This document shows positions 36,619 through 49,276 of a stretch of 64,000 nt of DNA, in pieces. How positions within the stretch are numbered: the stretch's first letter is position 1; every line of letters starts with the position of its first letter. A program made the position numbers and the translations under genes. The notes beneath the pieces are model-generated. The model searched no databases and was not told where the DNA came from. It saw only the letters and a list, made by a program, of their open reading frames with translations. The DNA is from Podarcis muralis. Its lineage: Eukaryota. The stretch lies in the NCBI RefSeq assembly GCF_964188315.1, contig NC_135666.1, positions 2,418,001 through 2,482,000 on the forward strand, given 5' to 3'.

Positions 36619-38484
36619 CTTCTTTTTAACAAACTTGCTGTCACAATTAAAAGAGAAACACATGTATTAGAAAAATAAATGTACTCTTTTTCCTATCATT
36701 ATCATTATGATTTTATCACTTTCGACACACGTTGAAAGTACAAAATGCAATAAAAACAGTTCAAAAACATTTTAAAACAAATAGCAGCAACTTAAAAATT
36801 AAAAACCCCAATACCAAGCAGACCATCAAGGCACAAACTTCCTTCATTCGGCTGTGAAGGCTTGTTGGAACAGAAAGATGTCTTCTATTTTTTTCTGGGT
36901 GCCTGTCCTATCTTGACAGAAATGCTGTTCCACAGATCAGAGGCAGCCACACTAAAAGCCCTGCTCTGAGTTACCAGTTAGAACCTGGGTGCATATCTCG
37001 GGTAAGAATTTCTCAGTTATCAAAGAAACAAACAAACAAAATCAGGACTGTCCCAAGTCGGAACATTCAGGTGTGATTCCAGTAATGCAGAGGATCGGGC
37101 CCCTTCCAACTCTGCAATTCTCTGATTCTATGATTTGGAGCATATGGGAGACCACATATTCAAAATATTCAAAATCAGCACCAGATGACATCACATTTGG
37201 ATGGAATTTGCCACCTGTGTGACTGTACTGTGAAATAAGCTACAGAAAGCCAACGGGTCCACTTCTCTTCTGAGAACCCAGATTTGGTGGGTCAATTTCT
37301 CTGATGGGGCTATGCCTAAGGCTTTTTAAAACCAGGTCATAATAGATTACATAGAAATATCCTTCCAGTCCTGAGCTCCAACTAAATGGGCAGCTGTGAG
37401 CAAATGAGTTGTTAGTATCTTGCTATGTAAATTGGAGTTACATCCCAGAAACATGGAGACTAAACACAACCAGGGACATTTCGAAAAGCATCAAATCCCA
37501 AATTTTGCTTACATGCTCATAATACCACCACAAATGGTAGTTAAGAACCTTTCACATTGGAAACCCATCAACAAAAGGGGGAGCAGCGTTTCAGCATGTG
37601 GTTTAGGCGCACGGGGGTTTACATATTGTTTTTAGTGAATGTTGATGAATCCGACCATTTTCAATGCACTTCCTTTTCCCATTAATTGATGAAGACTGGT
37701 AAAACAAACAAACCAAGGGAACACACAGAAATGTCTAGAATGCAATAGCCCAGATGGTCCACAGCCGCCTGCCCCCTCCCTCCTGCAAGGAAGCAACTGG
37801 CAGCAGCAGAGGTGCTCAGCATCTTAGGAAGGTGCCATATCCTGAGTCAGGGCAGGGGTCCCCCTAGTTCCACCCCAAAGCCCGGGAGAGCCTTGCGCTG
37901 CAGCCTTCATTCCTTTGCTCCAAGTCTGGGCCCTGTCAGGATGGATTTGTGGCCTTTCCAAAGAGCCAGAGAGCAGGAGGCATCAGCGCAAGATCCCTGT
38001 CACCAAGTCCCCTCTGAAATATGCTGTGGTTTACAGCAGCCATGCAAAAGAAGCTTTGGACAACAAAAGAAGCCGCAACAACTTCTAATGTGCAAATGCA
38101 TCTTACCAGAAACATGGAAAACGGATGACTCTCCCTTTGTCCACAAGTGGCTCTCTTGCTTGAGTTTGTCTCGACTTGCGTTGGTCCCCTCTTAAAGCAC
38201 AAGTCTGTTTCAGGCACAGAGGCCACTTCTCCTTTTATCTATGGTATTTGGGAGTGACTAAGTGCAAGGGGACAAGGTTCACTTTCAAGGGGAGAAGGAA
38301 GTTGCGAGATGGTGGAAGCCGCTCCCACTCGTCAGCATTTCACTCCAAAAAGGCTCTTCAGCAGTGCATCGTAAACTTGGAAGGGACCCCAAGGGCCATC
38401 TAGTCCAACCCCTCCTGCGGTCTCCCCACAAGTCGGATCCATGCAGAAACAAGGTCCTTAGTTGCACAACCCTCCCTTTCCTGG

Positions 38485-38575
38485 TAAGGTAAAGGGACCC
38501 CTGACCATTAGGTCCAGTCGTGGCTGACTCTGGGGTTGCAGCGCTCATCTCGCTTTACTGGCCGAGGGAGCCAGT
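38485..38575 (-). mobile_element. Sauria SINE 3' fragment
   Basis: ggtaaagggacccctgaccattaggtccagtcgtggctgactctggggttgc. Confidence 0.85.
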
Positions 38576-38629
38576 AAAGATATAGATATAGGACACAATA
38601 TAGATTTTAACCTCTGAGGAAAACTCTGG

Positions 38630-38747
38630 AAAAGTGACTTGAAGATTACAGCATGTTATTCTTTGAAGGAGAACTACCTGAAAATGATTGACAGATGGTA
38701 CTTTACTCCGAGTAGGCTTGCTAAGATGTATAAGACAGAATCAAATA
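38630..38747 (+). mobile_element. L1 ORF2 3' fragment, left of nested insertion
   Basis: KITACYSLKENYLKMIDRWYFTPSRLAKMYKT. Confidence 0.85.
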
Positions 38748-40704
38748 ATCCGGAGCGATGTGGGGTGAGTGGCGCGGTGCTTCGAATTGACTGTTATTTT
38801 CACGGAGTGAAGCCGCATTGCTGTTGCCGGAGAGCGCTGACTTTCTCCTGTGGACAATTGGATTTTAAACAACTACCCGTGAGTAGAACGGAAAATTGGA
38901 CTATGAAACTTCTTAATTTGGCACCAAAGCGGGAAGGTCGAAACAGGAAGTCCGCCTTCCGCTTTTGTAAATAGATTGAAGCAAAGACATTGCAAGCTAA
39001 AGTCTGGAAAGTTGTTTGTAAAGGACTAAATTTCCATCAGTTAAAACTACCAAACCCCCCTTGGAAGCAGGAGAAGAGGGGGGAAATCTTAGACTGTTTA
39101 AACCTGCAGAAGAGAGAGTAAAGAAAGATAAATTTCCACCGTCTTGAACCTGGGAACGGGGTGTCAGAGACAGACGCTTTGGGGAAGTTCATTGACTGTG
39201 AATAAAATGTTTTTTGACAGATAGTTAAAAAAGAGAAACATATTGATTCCAATGTTCCCTTTTGCATTTAAAAGGAAAAAAATATCTGAAAAACGAAAGG
39301 AATTTTGTTGCTGGATCGGCTCTTCAAAAGACGGATACAAACAGAAATTGTTTCCTCTAGAGGGAGCTTGTGAAACTGTTGCTGGAGTCGATCTGGGGAA
39401 TTCTACAGCTGTAGAGATTAAAGATCGTGAGAACCAGACATTGACCTTGAACAAGAATGTGCCCAGAAGAAGCTTTAGTGCTTGCTTTTTGCAAGACAAG
39501 CCCTTTACTGGAACAGCTACATGAGAAGATGGATTTGATGACTGTTGCGGTTAGCAATTTTGGACAAACAGTGAATACCTATATAGAAACCACTCAGGAA
39601 CCAACCCAGGAATGTGCTTTGACAGGGCAAGTTGTGCAGAAGATAAAGGAGGAGGTTGTTGCTGAACCTCAAGTAATAGAAATGGAGAGAGCCGCGGCCT
39701 TGCAGGAACATAAGTTGTTGTTTCTGATGATTGAACCTGGAGAAAGTCGGATTTGGAGAGATGGAGTACTGTTTGGTTTGGAGATGGGAAGTTGGATAGA
39801 TCCCCCTATGCAGGGATGTTTTGACTTTTGGGATCTGGTTTTGGGCCAGGGGGAGTTTGGAGTTGTGGGGGCCCTTAACCTTGGAGGGACTTTGAAACAT
39901 GCCTTCAAATATCTTTTGGATTTCAGTGCTGACTATGGAGAATGGGCTGACCTGCCGAGAAGGGATAAAGATATTGTCAAGTTGGAGTCTCCCCGAGATC
40001 TACCCCTCAGTGAGAAAGGAAGGAAATTAAGAATAAGATCAGCAGAAGACAAAGTAAAGTGCAGGTATAAACATGAAGAAGACCTGCAGAAGGGACATGG
40101 AAAAGACTTAAGAGCCTCGGATAGAAGGTCACCAGGTTGATGGACTAGATGGAAGGGATAGAAAGGACTGACAAAACCCGAGACCAGGAAGAAGAGACGA
40201 TGGATGAAAATTGGAAGAAAGTTTAAAAATTCATTTAGAGAATTATTGTAAAATTAATGAGTGTTAGAAAAAATGTTGGAATGAAACTATTTGGCTTTAG
40301 TAGAAAGGTTAAAAGGAATTATGTATTAATAAGTTTTAAGTTTTAAGCTTTAGGGCTTTTTATGGTAAGATAAGGTTAAAATAAATTAAGGTAATTTAAT
40401 GACAGAATATAGTGAAAGATGGAAAGGATTTGCTGAGATAATTAACAACTAGAATACAAAAAAGGGAGGTGTGAGGAGGTCGATGAAACAAGTTAACGAA
40501 AGATAAAGATTTGGGAATATTGCATTTGTTTTTAATTCTTTTTGTTTATTTTGGTTTTTGGTTTTGATGTGTTGTGTGTTTTGTTTTTTGTTTTTCTTAT
40601 TGACGTGTATTGTTTAATTTCTCTTTTTGTCTACCTTTTTTCCTTTTCCTTTTCTTTTTCTCTGTAATTTTAAATTCTCAATAAATATCATTTTTTTAAA
40701 AAAA
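38748..40704 (+). mobile_element. Non-autonomous L1-dependent (HAL1-like) retroelement with a 227-codon ORF (39457-40140)
   Basis: caaata TSD (38742-47, 40705-10), CpG-rich 5' leader, AATAAA + A tail, no RT/EN motifs; host L1 resumes in register at 40711. Confidence 0.65.
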
Positions 40705-41270
40705 CAAATATGTGCTGGAGATGCAAAGAGATTGAGGAAATGTTGTTTAATATGTGGTGGACTTGTAAAAGGGTAAAAGGGTATTGGAAAATTATTCATA
40801 ATGAATTGAAAAAAAATTGTTTAAAAGTACTTTCCCAAAAAAACCTAGAGTCCTTTCTGTTGGGGATAATTCAGACGGAAATTCCCAGGTGTCAAAAAAG
40901 GTTATTTATGTATGCTACTACTGTGGACCATGTTTTCTTAGCCCCCAAATGGAAAACGAGCGAGATCCCAACCAAAGAAGAATGGCAACTTAAGTTGACA
41001 GAATATGCACAGCTTGCAGACTTAACATATAGAATAGGAGAACAAGAAGAACATATGTTTAGAGAAGATAGGAAAATGTTTATTGAATGTATGGGAAATA
41101 ATTGTGTACAGCTGAAAATGCTGGCAGCATTAAGATACCGTAAATTCAACAGTGTAAATTAGTTTTGATGGCTGTAATAATGGAATACTGATTGGTATAG
41201 TTTTTGTAAAATATGCAGGGATTTATGATATGCAAAAGGAACCGTGGAAAGAGAAGAAGGGAAGTCATTG
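40705..41270 (+). mobile_element. L1 ORF2 3' end, right of nested insertion
   Basis: CWRCKEIEEMLFNMWWTC, FMYATT, EIPTKEEW. Confidence 0.9.
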
Positions 41271-42077
41271 GCTAACAATAAGCTCTGGGCATTTCCTGGG
41301 AAGGGAGGAGTGTATGTGTCTGAGGGATTAACACACTCCATATATATGCATGTGAAATAAGGTTTGCGTGCAGCATAAACAAAACATAGCATGTGAAATG
41401 AAACTGCGAGATCTCTGCTGCGCTGTTGTGCAAAGAGGAGAGAAACTGCTATCTTGTTTTGCATTTAAGGTTGAGCAGAAGATAGATACGACTGATATGA
41501 AAAATTCCTGCCTATCGGGGTTTCGCACACTAGGGCAGGGTGTTATTTCTAACAGTGCAAATTCTCTGAAATGGTCCACAGCACAAAGCTTTTGCTTTTG
41601 CTTTTGCTGTTTACTCCCATAGTTTCCCTGCAGCTTTCTCTGCCTTGCTTGGCCTCCTGAGCAGGGAGAGCCTTCTGAAATCTCAATCAGGGATAGTCCA
41701 ACCACGAGGTGGGAGAGTGCATGTTCTCAAAGAGCCCCTGTTTTCCAGGGACAGCCCAGGAATTGCATAAGCCATCCCAGTTTCTGATTTGATCCTGGAA
41801 TGCCCCGGTTTTCCTTTTTCCTCCCCTCGAAGTATCGGAGAACAATTAAAAGTGGTGTGTAGGAGCAAAAATGGACTCCTGTTTACCCTGAAAATAAAAT
41901 TCCTGCACCAAATGGAGGAAATGGTGATGGTGGCGCACAAAGCCCCTCCTATAATTTTGAAGGAAAAGGTCACCAATCCCCTTTCCATTCTGTAATTGCA
42001 ATGCTTCAGTGGCCAGCCCTTTCTCAGGAAACACTGGGAGTGTTTATTCCTTAACTGAAAATGGAGCCTTGCGCTGT

Positions 42078-42180
42078 CTGTTGTTGTTTAGTCGTTTAGT
42101 CGTGTCCGACTCTTTGTGACCCCATGGACCAGAGCACGCCAGGCACTCCTGTCTTCCACTGCCTCCCGCAGTTTGGTCAA
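42078..42180 (-). mobile_element. BovB (RTE) 3' tail fragment (paralog ~46526-46628)
   Basis: gttgttgtttagtcgtttagtcgtgtccgactctttgtgaccccatggaccagagcacgccagg. Confidence 0.85.
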
Positions 42181-43135
42181 ATTGCGCTGTCTACTCATAA
42201 GTAAATCCCACGGTATTCAATGGTGCTTACTCCCATGTAACTGGGTAAAGACTAGGCAGCTTCACACTGCAAGCCGAACCATTTTTACTCAGAAGTAAGT
42301 CACACTCAGTTCAATAGGATTTCCCATGGGGCTGCCCCTATAAATACCAGACAGATGGGCGATTAAAGGGTCTGAGGAACAAGGAGGTGGAATGAGGGAT
42401 GCAAGACAAATTTGATGCAGCTTCCATTGAAAAGTGAAAAGTATTTGGTACGAAGTTGTAAGTGGGACAGGGGGAGGGGGTTAAATATGCTCTCTGTTCC
42501 TGTTTTCAAATATGAGAAAAAAGAAGAAGAGTTGTTTTCTGGAGATGGGTGTTAAATAATTCCCTTCCCAAATGGTAAAATTTCAGAACTTTGGGAAGTT
42601 CAAGCATGTCTCTCGCTGTGCAGGACCTGGTGTCCAGGCACTCATAAGAATTCACTGTACATTTACAGACAGTGTGGTGTAGTGGTTAAGAGCGGTAGTC
42701 TTGTAATCTGGGGAACTGGGTTCGCGTCTCCGCTCCTCCACCTGTCGATATGCAGGGAGTGTTGGTGCTGCCACACCGAAAGAACGATTTGCTATCAATG
42801 CAGAACAGATATTATGTGGCACCTGTAACTGTGCCCATTCTGCCAATCGAAGCATCCAGAGACCACATGTGGGGTCAGGCGATCTCAGGGCTAAACTGCT
42901 CCCAAACTGTTACGGACTTAATATCCTGAGAGCAATGCCTTGAACTTGGCCTGGCAGCAAATCGGGAGCCAGGGCAGGTCTCTGAGCCAAGGCGTCCTAG
43001 GCTGACAAGCACCCGCTGCCGTCAACAATGGTGGCATCCTGCACTCATTGCAACTTCCAGATTAGGCACAAGGGAAGGCCCACATATTTTAGAAAGAAAT
43101 GAAACACTATGAACTAGAGGATATAAGAGCATCCT

Positions 43136-43709
43136 TCAATTCTTTCCCCTTTCCTCCTCTTTCCCTTTTTCTTTGCAGGGCCTTGATCCGTCCCCGTGAA
43201 GGATCTCCCAGAGCTTTTCCATCAGCAGCTTGGAGGCCTCCTCCTTCTCTTCTCCAGCTGCCTTGTTATTCAAAGCAAAGCAGCGATTCCCACATTTCTT
43301 AACCAGTTTCAGGAGCGCCTTCTTTTGGAATTCTCCACATATTCCTCCAAGGATTCACCTTTCAAATCCTCTTTGTGGGTGAACAAGACAAGCATGCGCT
43401 TCCCAAACTTCTTCCTAAACACCTTCTTGACCATTTTAGCAATTTCCTTGTCTTCCGGAGTGAAACAGCCCACAGTGATCACCAAGACCAGAACGTAAGG
43501 ACTGGACTTGCAGAGTTTGTTGATCTCTCTCTGTTTGAGTATTTTGAACTAGAGACAGCGGGCGTGTCAATCACAGAAAACCTCTGACCCTTAAATTCCC
43601 CACTCTCCTTCTCGACTTTCTGAGTTGTTGGCTTAGCTGAAAAAGCCGAGTGAAATTTCTCCCGTCCGAGGAGGGTGTTCCCTGTGGCACTTTTCCCAAC
43701 ACTGGTTAG
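43136..43709 (-). pseudogene. GIMAP pseudogene, copy A (5'-truncated, two frameshifts)
   Basis: SVGKSATGNTLLG, VIDTPAV, LFTHKEDL, RCFALNN across frames; 5' replaced by CR1-like sequence. Confidence 0.88.
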
Positions 43710-45157
43710 GTGGCCACCTGTCATGGATGCTTTAGATGAGAGTCCTGCCTAGCAGGGGGTTGGACTAGATCAGAGGTTCCCAAGCTTATTTGACCTAGTG
43801 CCCCCTTTTCAGAAAACCAACAACTCAGTGCCCCCTGGAAATCTACCTTCGTTAAGTGCAGAAACAGAATGATGCCATGACAAATTTGCATTCTTTTTAT
43901 GTATCTATATTTCTAGCTACATCCTAAGTATATAATCACTCTGACTTTAACTCTACGTTACATTGATAAGCATCATTATACAACAAATGAAACCATGCAC
44001 TCAATGGTTTTTCAAAATTTTATTCTCTTCTCGTCTTTCTTCATGCTTTATTCTATTATTTAGACTACACTAACAGGGAGAAGATGCTTGATCTGAGAGC
44101 TGCTGCCATTCAATGGATGGAGCTGTGAGAACATAAGGATGGGGGACAACCTGGCTTGCCAGTAGTACATGTGAGAAGAACCTCAGGGGTCTTGGTGGAC
44201 TCCAAGCTTAACGCGACTCAATAGTGAGATGCAGCAGCAAAAAGAGGTTGGGTGGCCGTCTGTTATGGATCCTTTAGTTGAGATTCCTGCCTTGAATAGG
44301 GGTGGACCAGCTGACCCTCAGGGTCCCTTCTAACTCTGCGATTCGACGATTCTATGATTCTGTGAGCAGGATGAGATGTTGCCCAGCTGGAGGGAGCATC
44401 TCTGAGCAGGTGCAGAGTGCCAATGGCCTTCTTTAGCTGCAGCAAAGCCAGGCACAGACCTAGAATTCAGAGGAAGCACCTTCCTGGGTGTGACGGCAGG
44501 GTTCCCAGTTGGGTTTGTACCCCCAGAGATAAAGCTACTGGTCTTCGAGGGTGTCTGTGAGACTGTGTTGCTGCTGCTGCTGCTGCTTCCTCCTTCCACC
44601 CCTCTCCCCTTCTCCTCAGCCCCCTTTTCCTGAGTCATGCGCCCCAGGGCCCACCCCCACTGTAACCATCTCACTTGTAGAGGCCCACACTTTAATAAAC
44701 GAAATTGTCAGGAAAAGCAAATGTTGAAAGCACATTTTTGGAAGCACATTTGTGTAGGCTGGCTTATTTGGCATCCACCCATTTCCGGGAGTTGCAAGGA
44801 AGGGCCAGGAATGCTGAAGGACCCTGGGCATTCCTGCTCAGCCCCTTTCTCCTCACCCTCCTTAGCCCATGCCCATCTTTTAAGATGTCACCCTCCCAGT
44901 TCTATATCTGCAGCCTTAAAGGCTGGCCACTTGGCCAGCCGAGATGGAATCATAGAATCGTGGAGTTGGAAGAGACCCCCAGGAATCTCAGCTCAAGCAT
45001 CCCTGACAGATGGCCATCCAACCTCTGCTTCAAAACCTCCCAGGAAGCAGAGTCCACCACCTCCCAAAAGAGTCCATTCCATGGTTCAATGGCTCTTCTG
45101 ATGTTGAGATGGAATCTTCTTCCTGGTCATTTGAATCCATTTGTTCAGGTCCTACCA

Positions 45158-45207
<50 letters not shown>

Positions 45208-47115
45208 CTCCCACAAAACCTTGCCTTTCATCCTCCTCCTCCCTGCCTAAGCTGGGAGCTCCTGAATGGCTGGTTTGTGTGAATCTGCCCTCAAAGCCCA
45301 CACACCATTTTGAGCCCTTCGTTGGAGGCATTGAGTGAGTGTGTGTGTTTGTGGGAATGAGGGTTGTCCTTGGGTGGAACGGACTCCCTTGGAAAGTGGT
45401 GAACTCTCTCTCTCTCTCTCGTTGGAGGTTTTGAAGCAGAGCTTGGATGGAAATCTGCTTGAGTTGAGATTCCTGCATTGCAGAAGGTTGGGCAGGTCCC
45501 TTCCAACTCCACAACACTACGGTTCTGTGATTCCACCCACCAGGGCCTCTAAGCCCCACTGCCCCACTGCCTTTTTGCTGCCAGCCTCCAAAGAGGAGAG
45601 GGCAGGCCTGCCAGGCACCTGGTGGGTCTCCCTTGTCTGTTCTCTTGTTGAATGATGGGGCACACCTGGGCGTTCTGTGCATGTGTGAGTCCACCCGGAG
45701 GACTGTAGTCAACCAAGCTCTTTACTGGAACAGCTGGTTCCTCCTGGGAAGGGAGGAGTGTATGTGTCTGAGGGATTAACACACTCCATATATATGCATG
45801 TGAAATAAGGTTTGCATGCAGCATAAACAAAACATAGCATGTGAAATGAAACTGCGAGATCTCTGCTGTGCTGTTGTGCAAAGAGGAGAGAAACTGCTAT
45901 CTTGTTTTGCATTTAAGGTTGAGCAGAAGATAGATACGACTGATATGAAAAATTCCTGCCTATCGGGGTGTACCACACTAGGGCAGGGTGTTATTTCTAA
46001 CAGTGCAAATTCTCTGAAATGGTCCACAGCACACAGCTTTTGCTTTTGCTTTTGCTGTTTACTCCCATAGTTTCCCTGCAGCTTTCTCTGCCTTGCTTGG
46101 CCTCCTGAGCAGGGAGAGCCTTCTGAAATCTCAATCAGGGATAGTCCGACCACGAGGTGGGAGAGTGCATGTTCTCAAAGAGCCCCTGTTTTCCAGGGAC
46201 AGCCCAGGAATTGCATAAGCCATCCCAGTTTCTGATTTGATCCTGGAATGCCCCGGTTTTCCTTTTTCCTCCCCTCGAAGTATCGGAGAACAATTAAAAG
46301 TGGTGTGTAGGAGCAAAAATGGACTCCTGTTTACCCTGAAAATAAAATTCCTGCACCAAATGGAGGAAATGGTGATGGTGGCGCACAAAGCCCCTCCTAT
46401 AATTTTGAAGGAAAAGGTCACCAATCCCCTTTCCATTCTGTAATTGCAATGCTTCAGTGGCCAGCCCTTTCTCAGGAAACACTGGGAGTGTTTATTCCTT
46501 AACTGAAAATGGAGCCTTGCGCTGTCTGTTGTTGTTTAGTCGTTTAGTCGTGTCCGACTCTTTGTGACCCCATGGACCAGAGCACGCCAGGCACTCCTGT
46601 CTTCCACTGCCTCCCGCAGTTTGGTCAAATTGCGCTGTCTACTCATAAGTAAATCCCACGGTATTCAATGGTGCTTACTCCCATGTAACTGGGTAAAGAC
46701 TAGGCAGCTTCACACTGCAAGCCGAACCATTTTTACTCAGAAGTAAGTCGCACTCAGTTCAATAGGATTTCCCATGGGGCTGCCCCTATAAATACCAGAC
46801 AGATGGGCGATTAAAGGGTCTGAGGAACAAGGAGGTGGAATGAGGGATGCAGGACAAATTTGATGCAGCTTCCATTGAAAAGTGAAAAGTATTTGGTACG
46901 AAGTTGTAAGTGGGACAGGGGGAGGGGGTTAAATATGCTCTCTGTTCCTGTTTTCAAATATGAGAAAAAAGAAGAAGAGTTGTTTTCTGGAGATGGGTGT
47001 TAAATAATTCCCTTCCCAAATGGTAAAATTTCAGAACTTTGGGAAGTTCAAGCATGTCTCTCGCTGTGCAGGACCTGGTGTCCAGGCACTCATAAGAATT
47101 CACTGTACATTTACA

Positions 47116-47363
47116 GACAGTGTGGTGTAGTGGTTAAGAGCGGTAGTCTTGTAATCTGGGGAACTGGGTTCGCTTCCCCGCTCCTCCACCTGCAGCTGCT
47201 GGGTGACCTTGGGCCAGTCACACTTCTCTGAAGTCTCTCAGCCCCACTCACCTCACAGAGTGTTTGTTGTGGGAGAGGAAGGGAAAGGAGAATGTGAGCC
47301 GCTTTGAGACTCCTTAAAGGGAGTGAAAGGCGGGATATCAAATCCAAACTCCTCTTCTTCTTC
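47116..47363 (+). mobile_element. tRNA-derived squamate SINE, full length (5' half only at 42668-42744)
   Basis: A-box tggtgtagtgg, B-box gggttcgcttcc, body and (TTC)n tail. Confidence 0.85.
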
Positions 47364-48701
47364 TAATTGGCTGTATGACAGTATATGTGTCTGGCTTAGA
47401 AACAGGCCTCTTTTTGTTTCCTGGGGCTTATTCCCAGGAAGTGGGTGCAGGAGGGCAGTCTAGGCTTCGGTTTAGGATTGGTGTTTGGGGAAATGGGGTT
47501 ATTTAGCCTTTGAAAGTTGTCTGTCCACAATGACCATAGCTGTCAACTTTCCCCTTTTCTTGCGAGGAATCCTATTCGGAACACACACCCCTGCCAGCAA
47601 TTTTATGACTACCTCCTCCCAGCATGCTCTCTCCAAATTCAAAATGTACCCCCTGATCCAAAATGGTCGGTGACCGTTTGATCCAGCTCCCATTGAAAGG
47701 TGGAAATTATAAATTTCCACTTTCCAAAGCAAAATGAAACACAGCCAATCTCTGAAATCCTCGCTTTGTGGAATTTCGCGATGCAGTTCTCCAGCCAGAG
47801 TTCACAAGAATGCATATAACTGTGAAAATGACATGCAAATATGCATTTTATTAGGAACAGTGTCTTGCAAAAGTATGTATGTAATTTACAAAGGTGTTTG
47901 TTAAGGGAAATTGACACAAAAAAACACAATTGACACAAAAATACAGTTAAACTTTCATAATGGTTCAAAAATAAAACATTTCCAGAGAGTTTAAGATGGG
48001 GAAAATGAGAAACTGAGAGAACTAAAGTGGACTGATGTATCCACTCCTTTATGGGGTTTAGGCAACTGCGGACAGTTAGGCATGTTATTATTTTCATAAA
48101 ATCCTTTACCACTTGATTGTAGAAAACCTCAAAGCGCTCTGCAAAAAGAATAATGCAACAGGATTATGATTAATAATGAAAACATCCACAAATTAAAACC
48201 AGCGACAAACTACAAACATATCAGCATTCTAAATATGTGAGTAGCCTTGTCTAAACAAAAATGTTTTTTGCAGGCGGCAAAAAAACGGTAGAAAAGTTGC
48301 CTGCCTGATGTCGATATGCAGGGAGTGTTGGTGCTGCCACACCGAAAGAACGATTTCTTATCAATGCAGAACAGACATTATGTGGCACCTGTAACTGTGC
48401 CCATTCTGCCAATCGAAGCATCCAGAGACCACATGTGGGGTCAGGCGATCTCAGGGCTAAACTGCTCCCAAACTGTTACGGACTTAATATCCTGAGAGCA
48501 ATGCCTTGAACTTGGCATGGCAGCAAATCGGGAGCCAGGGCAGGTCTCTGAGCCAAGGCGTCCTAGGCTGACAAGCACCCGCTGCCGTCAACAATGGTGG
48601 CATCCTGCACTCATTGCAACTTCCAGATTAGGCACAAGGGAAGCCCCACATATTTTAGAAAGAAATGAAACACTATGAACTAGAGGATATAAGAGCATCC
48701 T

Positions 48702-49276
48702 TCAATTCTTTCCCCTTTCCTCCTCTTTCCCTTTTTCTTTGCAGGGCCTTGATCCGTCCCCGTGAAGGATCTCCCAGAGCTTTTCCATCAGCAGCTTGGA
48801 GGCCTCCTCCTTCTCTTCTCCAGCTGCCTTGTTATTCAAAGCAAAGCAGCGATTCCCACATTTCTTAACCAGTTTCAGGAGCGCCTTGTTTTCGGATTTC
48901 TTCACATATTCCTCCAAGGAATCACCTTTCAAATCCTCTTTGTGGGTGAACAAGACAAGCATGCGCTTCCCAAACTTCTTCCTAAACACCTTCTTGACCA
49001 TTTTAGCAATTTCCTTGTCTTCCGGAGTGAAACAGCCCACAGTGATCACCAAGACCAGAACGTAAGGACTGGACTTGCAGAGTTTGTTGATCTCTCTCTG
49101 TTTGAGTATTTTGAACTAGAGACAGCGGGCGTGTCAATCACAGAAAACCTCTGACCCTTAAATTCCCCACTCTCCTTCTCGACTTTCTGAGTTGTTGGCT
49201 TAGCTGAAAAAGCCGAGTGAAATTTCTCCCGTCCGAGGAGGGTGTTCCCTGTGGCACTTTTCCCAACACTGGTTAG
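48702..49276 (-). pseudogene. GIMAP pseudogene, copy B (5'-truncated, one frameshift in an (AG)n run)
   Basis: ORFs 49046..49291 and 48702..49052 join if 2 nt are removed at ~49091-49099. Confidence 0.88.

Larger units (their letters stand above)
41294..45721 (+). repeat. Local tandem duplication, unit A (4.4 kb)
   Basis: Colinear with 45742-51310; paired identical ORFs (e.g. 41789/46237, 43099/48665, 44263/49830). Confidence 0.97.
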
